Below, piece after piece: positions 61,831 to 64,000 of a stretch of 64,000 nt of DNA. The position numbers were made by a program, and so were the translations under genes. Numbering within the stretch: position 1 is the first letter of the stretch; each line of letters opens with the position of its first letter. A model generated the notes under the pieces. It ran no database searches, had not been told where the DNA came from, and was given only the letters and a program-made list of their open reading frames with translations. Source of the stretch: Azolla caroliniana (Eukaryota; Plantae; Polypodiophyta); NCBI GenBank assembly GCA_043228905.1, contig JBHGNT010000002.1, positions 24,180,001-24,244,000 of the forward strand. Direction: 5' to 3'.

Positions 61831-63945
61831 ATGGAGGAGCAAATGAGGCTTATGTGTACGATGATGGAACGAGTGATACGGGAACAAGGGATGATGGCAA
61901 GCATCGACAAAGCCGTCGACAATATTCTCGCACGAGTAGGAATCTTCGAAGGTATAAATTCAACAAGATTTCTGAAGATTTATAATGAAGAAATTCTTAA
62001 ACGCGGTGTCGACGAAGCTACAAAAATTAATAGCTTTAGTCGAGTCGCTGCGATTGGGCTACAAGAGAGGATCCAAGAGCTCCAAAGGGAGAATCAGACA
62101 TGGACAACATTCGAAAGGGCATTACTCAATGAATACAACCTCAACGATATGTCAAGGATGACAAGGCGAGCTTTCATGGATTGGGTAGAGTCTAATAAAC
62201 ATTTAAGTGTTTTGGAAGTATTAAAAGAGTTTTCTGAAAGATTTGAGCAACTAAATGTTAGAGATAGAAATATAATAGTGCTAGATAAAGTAATATTGTT
62301 TCTACAAGCTACTAATATTAAAGACAAGAAGGACTTGGGAATGCTTTTAGAAGATCAGAATAGTCCAAGTGGACTTACCGAAGATTGGGAGGAGGTGAAA
62401 AGGGCGTGCGCCCATTTCTGCAAAAGAAAGTTATGGTTTATGGAGTTGCCCGACAGAAATGATGAAGAAACGGGGAACGAGTCGGGAGAAAAGAAAGTAG
62501 AAGAATCACTCTTACACGAATTAGTGAAAGGCATGAAAGACTTGTCGATCAAAGTGACGAAGCTAGAATCGGGACAAAGCTCGACTTCATCAAGGCAGGG
62601 AGGTGGAATGGTCTGAAGGTGTATGTGGTGTGATAGTATCGACCACCAGAAGAAAGATTGTCAAGAGCATAGGGATGCTCTTAATCATAATAAAATCTAC
62701 TATCAAGATGGCAAGATTCACTCAACTGAGACTCGACAACCACTTCAACTCAACTTCGGGCGAGGAGGAATGAAAAGGCTAATGGAAGATGCCGAGAGAG
62801 AAACGACTCAAGCGATACAATCCGTGGCAACCTTAGGATTGCACGTAGAAGACTCATATGGTGGATTTGGCTTTTGGCAAGATGTGATGGATTATGCAAG
62901 AAAAGGGAAGGTTCGAGTGGATGAATTAAAAAGAGCGGGAGATGAAATACGAAACTTCACTAGATGGAATGATCCAGTAGACGCGCTATCAGCATTCGCC
63001 CAAGTGAATGCACAAGATGTGCTAGTGGAAGAGAAGCGGAAGAGAGCTGAGGAAGCTGATCCGACAAAGAGACATGAAACACGAGAACAAAAGAGAAGGG
63101 AGATGGAAAAGGGTGCTATTGAGCCGAAGGAAGCTAATAAAGTAAAAGGAAAGACAGGCCCATCTTTCAAGCTTGCCTCAGACATAGAAACAACAACGGA
63201 TATAAAAAAGGTACTAGAAACAAGAATATTAAATAGTAAGGTAGAATTTACTTTAAGAGAAGTGTTGGGTATAGCAAAGAAAGAATTTCATGAAGTTATC
63301 ATAGATATTATTAGAAGGAAGAGACAGGTGACGGAGGAAATTACGGGAGGGTGTGCAGCAACACTCCAAGATTTGTATGGTGGCACCATCAATGCTGCAA
63401 GTGTAAAAAACCAGAATGATGTTGGCGTCCATGAAGGGGATAGGAGTCACTATACAAGGGACCATTGGGCTCGAGCAACAACGGAGGCACCTGCAAAAAT
63501 TGGGGAGCAGCAAATTCCATGTATTGCTTTGATCGATCATGGATCAGAGATTAACATGATGTCATCGGAATTTTACGCTCGAGGACGATGGCCGATTGAC
63601 AAGAATCATGGGTGGAAAATAAGAGCTGCCACAGAAACTACGGAGGATCTATTCGGAGCATGTCCTAGTGTGAAGGTAACAATTGGTGATGTCTCGGTGA
63701 ATCAAAATTTCTTTGTGCAGGATCGATCAACCTACCCCGTCATCCTTGGCCAGCCCTACATCACCGCAGTGAGGATGGAAACAAAGGTTATTGATGATGG
63801 TTCGGCTTTCGCGAGAATCAAGAGTCAAGATGGAAGAAAGACTGTCCAATTCTTAACCGTGAGGCCCAACCATGAAAGAAACAAAGAATGCTTGAGGGAA
63901 CATCCAATTCAAGAGATGGATGAAGAGTTTTCCCAGGATTTTTAG
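61831..63945 (+). CDS. J Gag-protease (one in-frame TGA at 62614-62616)
   Basis: ORFs 61831-62616 and 62623-63945 are in frame. CCHC CMWCDSIDHQKKDC. Protease ALIDHGSEIN...VILGQPY. Confidence 0.85.
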
Positions 63946-64000
63946 ATAGGGCTTTTACAGGTAGGGGCTGTGATAGCCCGAGCATAAAAGAAAACCCCAT

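Larger units (their letters stand above)
60905..64000 (+). mobile_element. 5' part of autonomous-type tRNA-Trp-primed Ty3/gypsy element J
   Basis: LTR 60905-61791 (TGTCGTG...CCCGACA) preceded by GCGT. PBS 61796-61813. gag-PR follows. Confidence 0.9.

Overview
This window is almost entirely nested LTR retrotransposons from a land-plant genome. The element types (self-priming chromovirus, tRNA-Trp-primed non-chromovirus Ty3/gypsy) suggest a seedless plant; this is inference. I found no host gene, rRNA, complete tRNA gene or CRISPR array. From LTR ends, PBS/PPT and target-site duplications (TSDs) I reconstruct seven Ty1/copia copies (A, B, C, D, E, G, I) and one chromovirus with a chromodomain and a Tf1-like self-primer. 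There is also a family of tRNA-Trp-primed Ty3/gypsy elements with 4-bp CpG-centred TSDs: autonomous-type ends G1 and J, gag-only derivatives K1 and K2, RT-less F and H, and solo or partial LTRs. A TRIM-like miniature element, a LINE 3' end and several unclassified fragments make up the rest. Nesting reaches five levels. The most striking observation is that the U3 regions of four different LTR families, from two distant gypsy lineages, carry tRNA-like RNA polymerase III A-box/B-box modules. All are antisense, point out of the element and lie within about 260 bp of the LTR edge. Coordinates were read by eye and may be off by a few bases.
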